A stretch of 64,000 nt of DNA from Pedobacter sp. (GTDB lineage: Bacteria > Pseudomonadota > Gammaproteobacteria > Pseudomonadales > Moraxellaceae), in assembly GCA_031119295.1 (NCBI GenBank), contig JAVHYE010000001.1, forward strand, positions 671 to 64,670, given 5' to 3'. Position 1 is the stretch's first letter. Each line of letters begins with the position of its first letter. Positions 38,444 through 47,468 of the stretch are shown here, one piece after another. Made by a program: the position numbers and the translations under genes. The notes beneath the pieces are model-generated. The model made no database searches. It was not told where the DNA came from and saw only the letters and a program-made list of their open reading frames with translations.

Positions 38444-40639
38444 TTACAAGGTCTTCATGTATTCGATCAGGGCGAGACGTTCCTGGTCGGTCAGCACCGA
38501 GTTGAACTCGTGGCCATCATTACCCTGTGAGTACATATGGCTGTTGAATATCTTGCGTTCCTCGATCTGCTTGTCGGTCAGGATGGGCGGGAAGAGCACA
38601 TTCCACGTTGCCACCACATTACCGTAGAGCTTGGAGAGCAGCTGCTGCAGCAGCGGATCCTGATCTTCCTTGCCGGGCACGCAATCGATATACGGTGTCA
38701 CGCCAGGATTGAAGATACTCTTGTTCTGACAGGCGATGGTGTCGTACTTCCAGCCCACTTTCTGCTTGTCGAAGGCGCGGGTGAGGTCAGTGTCGTAGCC
38801 CATGATGACGCGGCCAGTCTGGTCCCAGCGAGCCGGGGCGGAAACACGACGCCAGATGGATTTGCGATCCGTGGGCTTGAGGATTTCCCAGAGATTGGGC
38901 ACCGAGCCGTTGTGCAGATAGGGAGCGGTAGCCCAGACACCGTAGAGTGGCGGTGCCAGATAGCCGATTTCACGGTCGCCACGCAGGTCGGAACGATTCT
39001 GCATGCCGCAATCCTGTGAGGTGCCGGCGGTTTCCGGGTAGCCGAAGAAATTACGCGAACCGGCAACCTGTACAGCTTCGTTATTGGTATCCACACGAGC
39101 CGGATCGGTACCGATGATGCGCTTGGGCGTGATGTAGGAAGCGATACCTTCAAGCGCCGGCGTATCCAGATAGTTGGAGTCGTTCACGAAGCGTGGCGAA
39201 TAAGCACCGTGGCAGCCGGCGCAGGAGCCGTTACCAGCACTGGGCCTCGGAACCGGATTCTTGAGCGCAGGAGCCCAGAGATCCTTGCTGTGGAAAATCA
39301 CGGCGCCCTGTTCAGCCAGCGTGGTGTTCACGGCATAGGGATAGGCCGGCGACTTGAGCACAGAAGCCCAGTCGTTCATGTCCTGCGAGTGCTTCTTCAT
39401 CCAGGCCTGGGCGGTATCGGTGATGGGACCGCCCACGGCACCGAAGAGGCCGGCGATGGGGGTGTAGAACACCATGTCCACACGCGATGCATCGGTGGGG
39501 AAGATGCCGTCGATGAACTTCACCGGGCGGTGACCCAGATTCCACCAGGCCGGGGTATTCATGTCGGCAGTGGAGCCGGAGGTGATCAGGCCCAGCAGCG
39601 AGCCATCCACCTTGTATTTCTCCTGGAAGAAGAAGGCAAGATTGATGTCGCTGGCATTGTTCAGGCCGCGGGTGCGGTTGAGATTGGCAATCATGGCCAG
39701 CGAGGCCGGATAGCCCAGCGGCAGCATGTCGCGCAGGAAGAGGTTGTAGTCAGCCAGGCTGCTGCCGGCGCCGTTCTGGAAGCCGAGACCCGGGCCGTCA
39801 GACGGTGAGCCTACCTTCTGCGAATGGCAGCCATGGCAGGTCACGCCAATCATGCCCGTCCAGGTGCCGTCAGCTTTGCGCACCTGCGAGAAGAAGGTGG
39901 GCAGCTTGCCGGTACCGCCATTGGTCTTGTTCGGATCTTCACCCGGTTTCGGATAGGGGTTGGGGGCGTCACTGAAGGCGGCCCCATAGCGCTCAGCCAC
40001 CAATTGATCGAAATTGTCGGGACGCAGCAGGAAGCCGCCCCAGATCTTCCAGAGATTGTTGAAGGAGCTGGCCGGGAAGGTGGCGATGCCGAAGCCGGCA
40101 TCCAGGGCAAACGGATCGGTGCCGCTGAAGAGCACGCCGGAGCCGGTGGTACCGGGAGTCATCAGGGTGGCGCCACGGGCTACACCAGCACGCAATTCGC
40201 CGCAGGTCTTGTGCTGGCCATGCTCACCGACCGCTTCCGGATTGGCGTGGCAGTCCTTCCAGTAGGCGTTGAACATGACGGACTTGCCGTTGTTGACGCC
40301 GGGCTGCACCAGCGAACGGGGGTCGGGTGGCATGACGGTGGCGTCATCCTTGCCTTTGCACCATTCGAAAAGGGGAGAGCCGCCACGGCTGCTGCCCAGC
40401 AGGGGGTAGCTGTTGAGCGGCACGGTATTGCTCACCGTGCCATTGCCCGGGTTGGGGGCGCTGCCAGCATTGCTGGGCGTCTCCGGAATGGGCGTGGTAT
40501 AGGCCGCCGTCAGTGCACTGGCGCTGTTGGGTTGACCGGTGGATGAGGTATTGTTGCCCGCATCGGGACCGCAGGCCGCCACCAAGAGTGCCAAGGGCAC
40601 GGCGGCAAGTTTAAGGGGAAGGTAGAACTGGCGTAACAC
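38444..40639 (-). CDS. Dihaem c-type cytochrome lipoprotein (distant CCP/MauG-like, possibly RoxA-like)
   Basis: I place the start at the GTG (comp. 40637-40639), 7 nt after SD GGGAGGA, giving the lipoprotein signal MLRQFYLPLKLAAVPLALLVAAC. Two CxxCH motifs: CHGCH (comp. 39824-39838) and CAGCH (comp. 39209-39223), 205 residues apart. APPLYGVWATAPYLHNGSVPNLWEIL resembles the CCP/MauG distal-haem region. Confidence 0.8.
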   Translation of the reverse strand: MLRQFYLPLKLAAVPLALLVAACGPDAGNNTSSTGQPNSASALTAAYTTPIPETPSNAGSAPNPGNGTVSNTVPLNSYPLLGSSRGGSPLFEWCKGKDDATVMPPDPRSLVQPGVNNGKSVMFNAYWKDCHANPEAVGEHGQHKTCGELRAGVARGATLMTPGTTGSGVLFSGTDPFALDAGFGIATFPASSFNNLWKIWGGFLLRPDNFDQLVAERYGAAFSDAPNPYPKPGEDPNKTNGGTGKLPTFFSQVRKADGTWTGMIGVTCHGCHSQKVGSPSDGPGLGFQNGAGSSLADYNLFLRDMLPLGYPASLAMIANLNRTRGLNNASDINLAFFFQEKYKVDGSLLGLITSGSTADMNTPAWWNLGHRPVKFIDGIFPTDASRVDMVFYTPIAGLFGAVGGPITDTAQAWMKKHSQDMNDWASVLKSPAYPYAVNTTLAEQGAVIFHSKDLWAPALKNPVPRPSAGNGSCAGCHGAYSPRFVNDSNYLDTPALEGIASYITPKRIIGTDPARVDTNNEAVQVAGSRNFFGYPETAGTSQDCGMQNRSDLRGDREIGYLAPPLYGVWATAPYLHNGSVPNLWEILKPTDRKSIWRRVSAPARWDQTGRVIMGYDTDLTRAFDKQKVGWKYDTIACQNKSIFNPGVTPYIDCVPGKEDQDPLLQQLLSKLYGNVVATWNVLFPPILTDKQIEERKIFNSHMYSQGNDGHEFNSVLTDQERLALIEYMKTL

Positions 40640-40710
40640 GGCGGGATCCTCCCGGCCTAGACGCAATCTGCCGCAAAGCAAAACTTCTGGTCTTAGCCTA
40701 TTGTTGTTTT

Positions 40711-40751
40711 TGACAAGTGTCAGAAACTAGGGATTTATATGACATATGTCA
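40711..40751. promoter_or_regulatory. Two palindromic operator candidates, TGACAAGTGTCA (40711-40722) and TGACATATGTCA (40740-40751)
   Basis: Both fit TGACA-N2-TGTCA, spaced 29 bp start to start, in the 161-bp divergent region between the cytochrome gene and the TetR gene. Confidence 0.45.
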
Positions 40752-40800
40752 AATGCCGTTCGTCCTTTTGCCTTACGCCGGTCTGTTTGAAGGTGGCGTC

Positions 40801-41427
40801 ATGATCGCCCGTGCGCCGGGCGCATCGGCCAATCGCCCCAGCCAGCAACGTGCGCGTGACCGCTTTGACAGCATCCTGGCCGAAGCCGAGCGAATGCTGA
40901 TCGAGTCCGGCTTGTCCGGCTTTTCCATTCCGCTGCTGGCCGAGCGCCTGGGCTATACCCGCGGCAGTGTCTATGCCTATTTCCCGACGCCCTACGCCCT
41001 CTTCAATGAGCTCATGGCCGGTTATCTCCTCGATATGGAGCGCTTCCTGCGCGAGGAGCTGCGCCGCATGCCGGCGGGTAACTGGAATGAGGTGGCAGCG
41101 CATCTGGTGCGTGTGACCGCAGACTTCTACAACCAGCATCAGGTGGCGCCGCTGCTCTTGTTGGGCGGTGCGGTGACGGATACCAGCTATCGCGTGCAGG
41201 AGATGTGCATCAAGCATCTGGCGGACATGGCGCGTACCCTGTTCGAGCGGGCGGGCATGCAACTGCCGCAGGATCCGGATGTCATAGTGCTGACCGTGGA
41301 CATAGGCACGACCTGCCTGCGTCGCTCCTTCTTCGAGCATGGTCATGTGACACCGGCTTATTGTGATGTAGCTACCACCGCCATGATCGGCTTCCTCGGG
41401 CCGTATCTCGCATTGCCCAAGGCGTGA
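40801..41427 (+). CDS. TetR/AcrR family transcriptional regulator
   Basis: 208 aa from the ATG at 40801. RARDRFDSILAEAERMLIESGLSGFSIPLLAERLGYTRGSVYAYFPT is a TetR N-terminal HTH. Confidence 0.85.
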   Translation: MIARAPGASANRPSQQRARDRFDSILAEAERMLIESGLSGFSIPLLAERLGYTRGSVYAYFPTPYALFNELMAGYLLDMERFLREELRRMPAGNWNEVAAHLVRVTADFYNQHQVAPLLLLGGAVTDTSYRVQEMCIKHLADMARTLFERAGMQLPQDPDVIVLTVDIGTTCLRRSFFEHGHVTPAYCDVATTAMIGFLGPYLALPKA

Positions 41428-41495
41428 TCGGTGACTAGTGTTTGAACAGCGCAGGCCCTAGCGTTGGGCCTGTGATGAGTCTCTGGCGTAAGGGG

Positions 41496-42515
41496 ATGTC
41501 TTTGCGCATTCAGCAGTTGCGGCTGATTCCGCTTTTTTTCTTTTTCCTGCCGGCGTGGGTACATGCCGGCTTTTCCTCCCTGCTCTGGGATAACGATCTT
41601 TTTTCCCCGCGCAATACCGACGCCTATTACACCAACGGCTTTCTTTATCATCATGTGTCAGACCCGGTGCCGCAGGAAACGGGGCGACACTGGAAAAGCT
41701 GTCCCGGTCTTTCCTTCCTGGCAAAAACGGCCGAGCCCTTGCTGATACGCACAGGGGAGGCGTCGCAATACCGGCACTCCTGGGGCTTCGGGCAGATCAT
41801 ACAAACCCCGTCGGATCTCACGCTCAATCCGCCCGATCCCGATGACCAGCCTTATGCCGGCCTGCTTTATGGCAGTTGTGGCTTTCATGTGCAGGAAGAC
41901 GGCTATGCCGAATCCATGGGCTTGATGCTGGGCGTGGTGGGGCCGCTGTCCCTCGCAGAGCGCACACAGGATATTGCGCACCGTGTCACCGGCAGCGAGT
42001 ACCCGCAGGGTTGGGATCATCAGCTGGCAAACGAGCCGGTTCTCAATCTGGTTTACGACCGGCAGCGTGTGATGACGGATTTTTCCGTGGATGGCCACAG
42101 CATCAAGATTTTCAATAATTTCGGCTTTGCTTTCGGCAATCTCATGATTTCCACCACGGCCGGCGTAAATGCCTTGTTTGCCAAAAATACGCGCGCGGCT
42201 TTCAGTCTGCGGCCGAATTTTCTCGGGCGTTATCCCTGGCTTTCGCAGAGCCAGCCGCTGGGTTTTTATGCGCTGGGCAGCGTGCAGGGCATGGCCGTGG
42301 GGCGCAATCTTTTCCTGGACGGCAATACCTTCGAGGATGGCCCTTCGGTGGACAAGGAATATGTAGTGGGTTCGGGGCAGTTGGTGATGGGCTATGGTTT
42401 TTCCTGTCTGGCGCTGCAGCTCGGGCTTAATTTGAGTACACGCACGTTCAAGACCCAGGGTGAATCCTGGCCGCGCTACGGTACTCTTGGGATAGTATGG
42501 GGCTGCAGCCCCTGA
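41496..42515 (+). CDS. Outer-membrane lipid A deacylase LpxR family (DUF2219) protein
   Basis: 339 aa from the ATG at 41496 (SD aagggg) with a signal peptide ending VHA. LWDNDLFSPRNTDAYYTNGF and PYAGLLY match my memory of LpxR/DUF2219. Predicted beta-barrel-like C-terminus. Confidence 0.75.
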   Translation: MSLRIQQLRLIPLFFFFLPAWVHAGFSSLLWDNDLFSPRNTDAYYTNGFLYHHVSDPVPQETGRHWKSCPGLSFLAKTAEPLLIRTGEASQYRHSWGFGQIIQTPSDLTLNPPDPDDQPYAGLLYGSCGFHVQEDGYAESMGLMLGVVGPLSLAERTQDIAHRVTGSEYPQGWDHQLANEPVLNLVYDRQRVMTDFSVDGHSIKIFNNFGFAFGNLMISTTAGVNALFAKNTRAAFSLRPNFLGRYPWLSQSQPLGFYALGSVQGMAVGRNLFLDGNTFEDGPSVDKEYVVGSGQLVMGYGFSCLALQLGLNLSTRTFKTQGESWPRYGTLGIVWGCSP

Positions 42516-42533
42516 ACCTGACGGAATGATGTT

Positions 42534-43451
42534 GTGAAGCTGCGTCCTGCGGTCATCCTTGCCCTGCTTGGTGTGTATCTCATCTGGGGTTCAACCTATC
42601 TCGCCATGCGTTTTGCCATCGAGTCCATGCCGCCCCTGCTCATGGCCGGCATACGCTATGTCTTGGCCGGATTTTTTCTTTTTGCCTTTCTCAAATTGCG
42701 TGGCCACGTCTGGCCTACGGCACGACAGTGGCGCGATTCCCTGATCGTGGGCGCGCTGCTTTTGCTGGGCGGCAACGGCATGGTGGGGCTGGCCATGGAG
42801 CGCGGTGTGAGTTCCGGCATGTCGGCGCTGGTGGTGGGCGTGACGCCGCTGTTTGCGCTTGTTTTTGCCGGCTTCTGGGGGCAGCACGCCAGTCGCCGTG
42901 AGTGGCTGGGCATCGCCGTGGGCCTCGTCGGTCTCATCATGCTGAATTTCGGGCGTGAATTATCAGCCAGCCCCATAGCGGCAGGTTTGCTGGTGCTGGC
43001 GGCCTTGTCCTGGTCCTTCGGCTCCATCTGGGGCAAGCATCTGCAACTGCCGTCCGGTTTCATGGCGAGTGCCTTGCAGATGTTGCTGGGCGGTGCGGTC
43101 TTGTTGGCCGTGGCCTTGCTGCGTGGAGAAAGCATGACGGCCATGCCCACGGAAAAAGCCCTGTGGTCGCTGGCCTATCTGATTTTCATAGGTGCCATTC
43201 TCGGCTTTTCTGCTTACGTCTATTTGCTGGAAACGGTGCGGCCGGCGCTGGCCACGAGTTATGCCTATGTGAATCCGCTGGTGGCGGTAGCACTGGGCGT
43301 CTGGCTGGGTGGAGAAAAAGTGGATGCGCTGGAATTGCTTGCCATGGGCATCATTCTGGGCGGGGTAGTGATGGTGTATCTGCCTTCATTCTCGAAACAG
43401 AAGGTGGCTGTGCCGGTGCAGGATGAAGCTGTCGAGCATGAGCATCGCTAG
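42534..43451 (+). CDS. EamA/DMT family transporter
   Basis: 305 aa, 10 TM helices, with a duplicated EamA pattern (IWGSTYLAMRFA... / SWSFGSIWGK...). GTG start. Confidence 0.85.
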   Translation: MKLRPAVILALLGVYLIWGSTYLAMRFAIESMPPLLMAGIRYVLAGFFLFAFLKLRGHVWPTARQWRDSLIVGALLLLGGNGMVGLAMERGVSSGMSALVVGVTPLFALVFAGFWGQHASRREWLGIAVGLVGLIMLNFGRELSASPIAAGLLVLAALSWSFGSIWGKHLQLPSGFMASALQMLLGGAVLLAVALLRGESMTAMPTEKALWSLAYLIFIGAILGFSAYVYLLETVRPALATSYAYVNPLVAVALGVWLGGEKVDALELLAMGIILGGVVMVYLPSFSKQKVAVPVQDEAVEHEHR

Positions 43452-43469
43452 GTGGCAAATCACGGGCAT

Positions 43470-43497
43470 AAAAAAACCGGCTAATGCCGGTTTTTTT
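43470..43497. terminator. Bidirectional intrinsic terminator (EamA gene / rpsT)
   Basis: AAAAAAACCGGCtaatGCCGGTTTTTTT. Confidence 0.8.
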
Positions 43498-43550
43498 ATT
43501 TCACTGATTCCCGAAGGAAGCAGCAAAAAACGCAGACCCTGAGAGGTCGA

Positions 43551-43814
43551 TCAGGCAAGAGCCTTGATCTGGGCGTTCAGACGGCTCTTGTGACGAGCGG
43601 CCTTGTTCTTGTGGATGATGCCTTTATCGGCCATACGGTCGATGACGGGAACGGCGCTGGTGTAAGCAGCGGCGGCATCAGCCTTGTTGCCGGTGGCAAT
43701 GGCATTCACAACCTTCTTGATATAGGTGCGAACCATGGAGCGCAGGCTGGCGTTGTGCGCGCGCACCTTGTCGTTCTGGCGAGCACGCTTCTTGGCTTGT
43801 GCAGAGTTGGCCAC
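43551..43814 (-). CDS. rpsT: 30S ribosomal protein S20
   Basis: 87 aa: [24 protein letters not shown] start preceded by AGGAGA. Confidence 0.95.
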   Translation of the reverse strand: MANSAQAKKRARQNDKVRAHNASLRSMVRTYIKKVVNAIATGNKADAAAAYTSAVPVIDRMADKGIIHKNKAARHKSRLNAQIKALA

Positions 43815-43872
43815 AGTGGGGCTCTCCTGAAATTAGTGCATGAAAATGGGTTTTCGGGCGGTTCCCGAAACA

Positions 43873-43909
43873 GGCGCGCAATTCTGCCGATGAGGGAAGG
43901 GGAAGTCAA
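43873..43909 (-). promoter_or_regulatory. Candidate sigma70 promoter of rpsT
   Basis: Minus strand: TTGACT - 17 nt - CAGAAT followed by TGCGCGCC. The 13-mer AGAATTGCGCGCC is identical to the one in the rplU promoter candidate. Confidence 0.45.
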
Positions 43910-43938
43910 CCGCTTTGCAGGAGCGCCTTTGCGGCCGC

Positions 43939-44634
43939 TTATGGTTTACCGCAGGCGACCTCGGTCGGGCTCAGGGCGCGCCAGCTGCCTTCCGCCAGGC
44001 CCGGATCCAGCTCTATGCCGGCCACAGCCTCGCGGTGCAGGGCCTCCACATGGTTGCCCAAGGCGGCAAACATGCGCTTCACCTGATGGTAGCGTCCCTC
44101 CTGCAGCCAGAGCAGGGCCTCCTTTTCTCCCAGTATTTGCAGCCGGGCCGGGCGGGTGGGCTGGTCTTCTTCGCCGCGCAGCAGGAGGCCCCGGGCAAAT
44201 TGCTCTATGGCCTCGGCGGCGATGGGGCGGGCGGTGTGCACGCGATAGCGCTTCTCATGGCGGCCGGGAGCCTTGATGCGGTGGGACCACTGGCCATCAT
44301 CGGTGATGAGTACGAGGCCGGTGGTGTCTATATCCAGGCGGCCAGCCACATGCAGGCCCTCGCGAATTTCACCGGCCAGCAGGTCCAGCACGGTGCGATG
44401 GCCGCCATCTTCGGTGACACAGACCACGCCGGCGGGTTTGTGCAGCATGAAATAGCGCGGGCCACGGGCACTGATCAGGCCATCGTCCAGGCGTACTTCA
44501 TCGCCCTCACGCAGGATGAGGCCGGCATCGCGCACGGCCGCGCCATTCACGGTGAGGCGATTGGCGCGCAGCAGTTGGCGGACTTCGCTGCGGGAATGGG
44601 CGGTATTGCTGGCAACAAACTTGTCTAGGCGCAT
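43939..44634 (-). CDS. rsuA: 16S rRNA pseudouridine(516) synthase
   Basis: 231 aa from the ATG (comp. 44632-44634). MRLDKFVA..., GPRYFMLHKPAGVVC, AGRLDIDTTGLVLITDDGQWSHRI and EGRYHQVKRMFAALGNHV align closely with E. coli RsuA. Confidence 0.9.
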   Translation of the reverse strand: MRLDKFVASNTAHSRSEVRQLLRANRLTVNGAAVRDAGLILREGDEVRLDDGLISARGPRYFMLHKPAGVVCVTEDGGHRTVLDLLAGEIREGLHVAGRLDIDTTGLVLITDDGQWSHRIKAPGRHEKRYRVHTARPIAAEAIEQFARGLLLRGEEDQPTRPARLQILGEKEALLWLQEGRYHQVKRMFAALGNHVEALHREAVAGIELDPGLAEGSWRALSPTEVACGKP

Positions 44635-44761
44635 GGGCCGGCATTGTAAGGGCATGTGCGGCTTTGTGGTGACTCATGCTTGCCCCGTTTCGCGGGCCTG
44701 CCGCCTCCGCTACCATCGCCGCTTTGCATTTGCCGCTGTCTGCTGCACTTCCGGGGTTTTC

Positions 44762-46387
44762 ATGTCTGTGTCCGCCACACCTGTTCCGCCCGTCGATTCA
44801 GGACAAGCGCCTGTGACTCCCGGCGCACCGAATAAAAAAGGTGGTGGTGGGCTGTGGCGGTCCACGCTGGTGGTCAGTGCCATGACCATGCTGTCGCGCA
44901 TTGCCGGTCTCGTGCGCGACATGGTCTACCTCAATCTCTTTGGTGCCGACCGTTTCATGGACGCCTTTCTGGTGGCGTTCAAGATTCCCAATTTCCTGCG
45001 TCGCCTGTTTGCCGAGGGGGCTTTTGCCCAGGCCTTTGTGCCGGTGCTCACCGAGGTCAAAACGCAAAAAGGGGATGGTGCGGTCAAGGAGCTGGTGGAC
45101 AAGGTGGCGGGCACGCTGTCTATCGTGCTGGGCGGCATCACGGTGCTGGCCATGGTGGCCTCGCCCCTGATCATCCTGCTGTTTGCACCGGGCTTTCGTG
45201 GTGACGAGGTCAAGTTCGATCTTGCCGCCGACATGCTGCGCATCACCTTTCCTTATCTGCTGCTGATTTCGCTCACGGCTTTTGCCGGCGGCATTCTCAA
45301 CAGTTATGGCAGGTTCGGCTCGGCCGCTTTTACGCCGGTGCTGATGAATCTCGTGATGATAGGTTTTGCCGTCTGGGTGTCGCCGCTGATGGCGCAGCCG
45401 GTGATGGCGCTGGCCTGGGGCGTGCTGCTTTCCGGTTTTGTGCAGCTGGCTTTCCAGGTGCCCTACCTGAAAGAAATCCGCATGCTGCCGAGCTTCAAGC
45501 CCGGCTTCAAAGACCCGGATGTGAAACGCATCCTGACGCTGATGGTGCCCGCCATGTTTGGTGTGTCGGTCAGCCAGATCAATCTGCTGCTGGACACCAT
45601 CCTGGCCTCCTTTCTGGTGACGGGCTCGGTGTCCTGGCTGTACACGGCCGAGCGCCTGACCGAGCTGCCGCTGGGTCTTATCGGCATTGCCGTGGCCACC
45701 GTCATCCTGCCTTCGCTCTCCGCCAAGCATGCGCAGAAGTCTGATGCCGAATTCCGCGCCATGCTGGATTGGGCACTGCGTGTCATCGTGCTGGTTGGTC
45801 TGCCGTCCTCTATCGCCATGGGCATTCTTTCCGGCCCCTTGATTGCCGCGCTTTTCCATCACGGCAAGTTCACGGCGCATGATGTGGCCATGTCGTCTGC
45901 AGCCCTGCAGGCGCTCTCCGGTGGCATTCTGGCCTTCATGCTCATCAAGGTGTTTGCGCCAGGCTATTTCTCGCGTCAGGACACCCGCACGCCGGTGAAG
46001 ATAGGCATCATCGCCATGGTGGCGAATATGGTCTTCAACCTCATTCTGGTGCTGGGTTTCGACATGGCCCATGTCGGCCTGTCGCTGGCCAGCACGCTTT
46101 CGGCCTTCCTCAATGCCGGCCTGCTTTACTGGGGCCTGCATAAGAAAGGTGTCTACCGTATCGAGAAGCACTGGACGCCGGTCTTGCTGCGCTACCTGCT
46201 GGCCAATGCCGTGATGGCGGCGGTCCTGCTGGCCATCACGCCGGCCCTGGGCTGGTGGACTGCGGCCGGCCATGGCAACTGGATCAAGGTGGCCTACATC
46301 CTGGGTATTTGTGCTGCCGGTGCCCTGGCCTATTTCGCCGCCCTCTTTGCCGTGGGCTTCCGCCTGCGCGAGATACGCCATCATTGA
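44762..46387 (+). CDS. murJ: Lipid II flippase MurJ (MviN)
   Basis: 541 aa from the ATG at 44762. VSAMTMLSRIAGLVRDMV and FLVAFKIPNFLRRLFAEGAFAQAFVP are canonical MurJ N-terminal motifs. Confidence 0.92.
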   Translation: MSVSATPVPPVDSGQAPVTPGAPNKKGGGGLWRSTLVVSAMTMLSRIAGLVRDMVYLNLFGADRFMDAFLVAFKIPNFLRRLFAEGAFAQAFVPVLTEVKTQKGDGAVKELVDKVAGTLSIVLGGITVLAMVASPLIILLFAPGFRGDEVKFDLAADMLRITFPYLLLISLTAFAGGILNSYGRFGSAAFTPVLMNLVMIGFAVWVSPLMAQPVMALAWGVLLSGFVQLAFQVPYLKEIRMLPSFKPGFKDPDVKRILTLMVPAMFGVSVSQINLLLDTILASFLVTGSVSWLYTAERLTELPLGLIGIAVATVILPSLSAKHAQKSDAEFRAMLDWALRVIVLVGLPSSIAMGILSGPLIAALFHHGKFTAHDVAMSSAALQALSGGILAFMLIKVFAPGYFSRQDTRTPVKIGIIAMVANMVFNLILVLGFDMAHVGLSLASTLSAFLNAGLLYWGLHKKGVYRIEKHWTPVLLRYLLANAVMAAVLLAITPALGWWTAAGHGNWIKVAYILGICAAGALAYFAALFAVGFRLREIRHH

Positions 46388-46396
46388 TATGCAGTG

Positions 46397-46435
46397 AGCC
46401 CGGCCCGGGCGAAGACGGGCCGGGCTTCTTTCTTT
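46397..46435 (+). terminator. Intrinsic terminator after murJ
   Basis: AGCCCGGCCCGggcgaagaCGGGCCGGGCTtctttcttt: 11-bp perfect stem plus a T-rich tail. Confidence 0.75.
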
Positions 46436-46481
46436 ATACTGCGCGGCTCGATTCATCCGACCTGCAGCCCCTACGCTCCTG

Positions 46482-47408
46482 ATGGAACTGATACGCGGCA
46501 TCCATAACCTGCGCCCCCGTCACCTCGGTTCCGTGGTGACCATAGGCAATTTCGACGGGGTGCACCGCGGCCATCAGGTCATACTCGCCGGTCTGAAAGA
46601 GGCGGGGCAGGCTTTGGGTTTGCCGGATACGGTCATGGTCTTCGAGCCGCAGCCCCAGGAATTCTTCCAGGGTGGACAGGCACCGGCCCGGCTCATGAAC
46701 TGGCGCGACAAGATTGATGCGCTGGCCGCCACCGGTGTCTCGCGCGTGCTCTGTGTGCGTTTTGATGAAAAATTCCGTGGCCTCACCGCGCGCCAGTTTG
46801 TCGAGCATTTGCTGGTGCAAGGCCTGGGCTGCCGGCATCTGGTGATAGGCGACGATTTCCGTTTCGGCTGCGATCGTGGTGGCGATTTCGCCATGCTGCA
46901 GGCCTCGGGCCGGGAGTTCGGTTTCGAGGTGAAAAACACCACGACGGTGGTGGTGCAGGGCGGCCGTGTCAGCAGCACGCGCATACGCGCCGCCATCAAG
47001 GCCGGTGATTTCAAACTGGCGGAAAACCTGCTGGGTCGTCCCTATGGTGTGAGCGGCCATGTAGTGCATGGCGACAAGCTGGGCCGTACGCTGGGTGTAC
47101 CCACTGCGAACATCCCGCCGCGCCGTCTGCATTCGCCGCTTTCCGGCATTTACACCGTGACAGTAGAAGGTGCGGCAGAAGAAACGGTATATGGCGTGAC
47201 CAGTGTCGGGCGCCGTCCCACGGTAAATGGCAAGGACGAGCGCATAGAAACCTATCTGCTGGATTTCAGCGGCGAGATTTATGGCCGTCGCATACATGTG
47301 ACCTTCCACCACAAGCTGCGCGAAGAGCTGAAGTTCGATTCGCTGGATGCGCTGAAAGTGGCGATGGCAAAAGATATTGCGGATGCCCGGGCTTATTTCG
47401 GCGTCTGA
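46482..47408 (+). CDS. ribF: Bifunctional riboflavin kinase/FAD synthetase
   Basis: 308 aa. VVTIGNFDGVHRGHQ, GHVVHGDKLGRTLGVPTAN, and the C-terminal kinase domain. Confidence 0.95.
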   Translation: MELIRGIHNLRPRHLGSVVTIGNFDGVHRGHQVILAGLKEAGQALGLPDTVMVFEPQPQEFFQGGQAPARLMNWRDKIDALAATGVSRVLCVRFDEKFRGLTARQFVEHLLVQGLGCRHLVIGDDFRFGCDRGGDFAMLQASGREFGFEVKNTTTVVVQGGRVSSTRIRAAIKAGDFKLAENLLGRPYGVSGHVVHGDKLGRTLGVPTANIPPRRLHSPLSGIYTVTVEGAAEETVYGVTSVGRRPTVNGKDERIETYLLDFSGEIYGRRIHVTFHHKLREELKFDSLDALKVAMAKDIADARAYFGV

Positions 47409-47468
47409 AACGACTTGATGATTTTGATGAGATGGCATCCGTGAGATGCCCGAGTGAAAAGCGAAACC

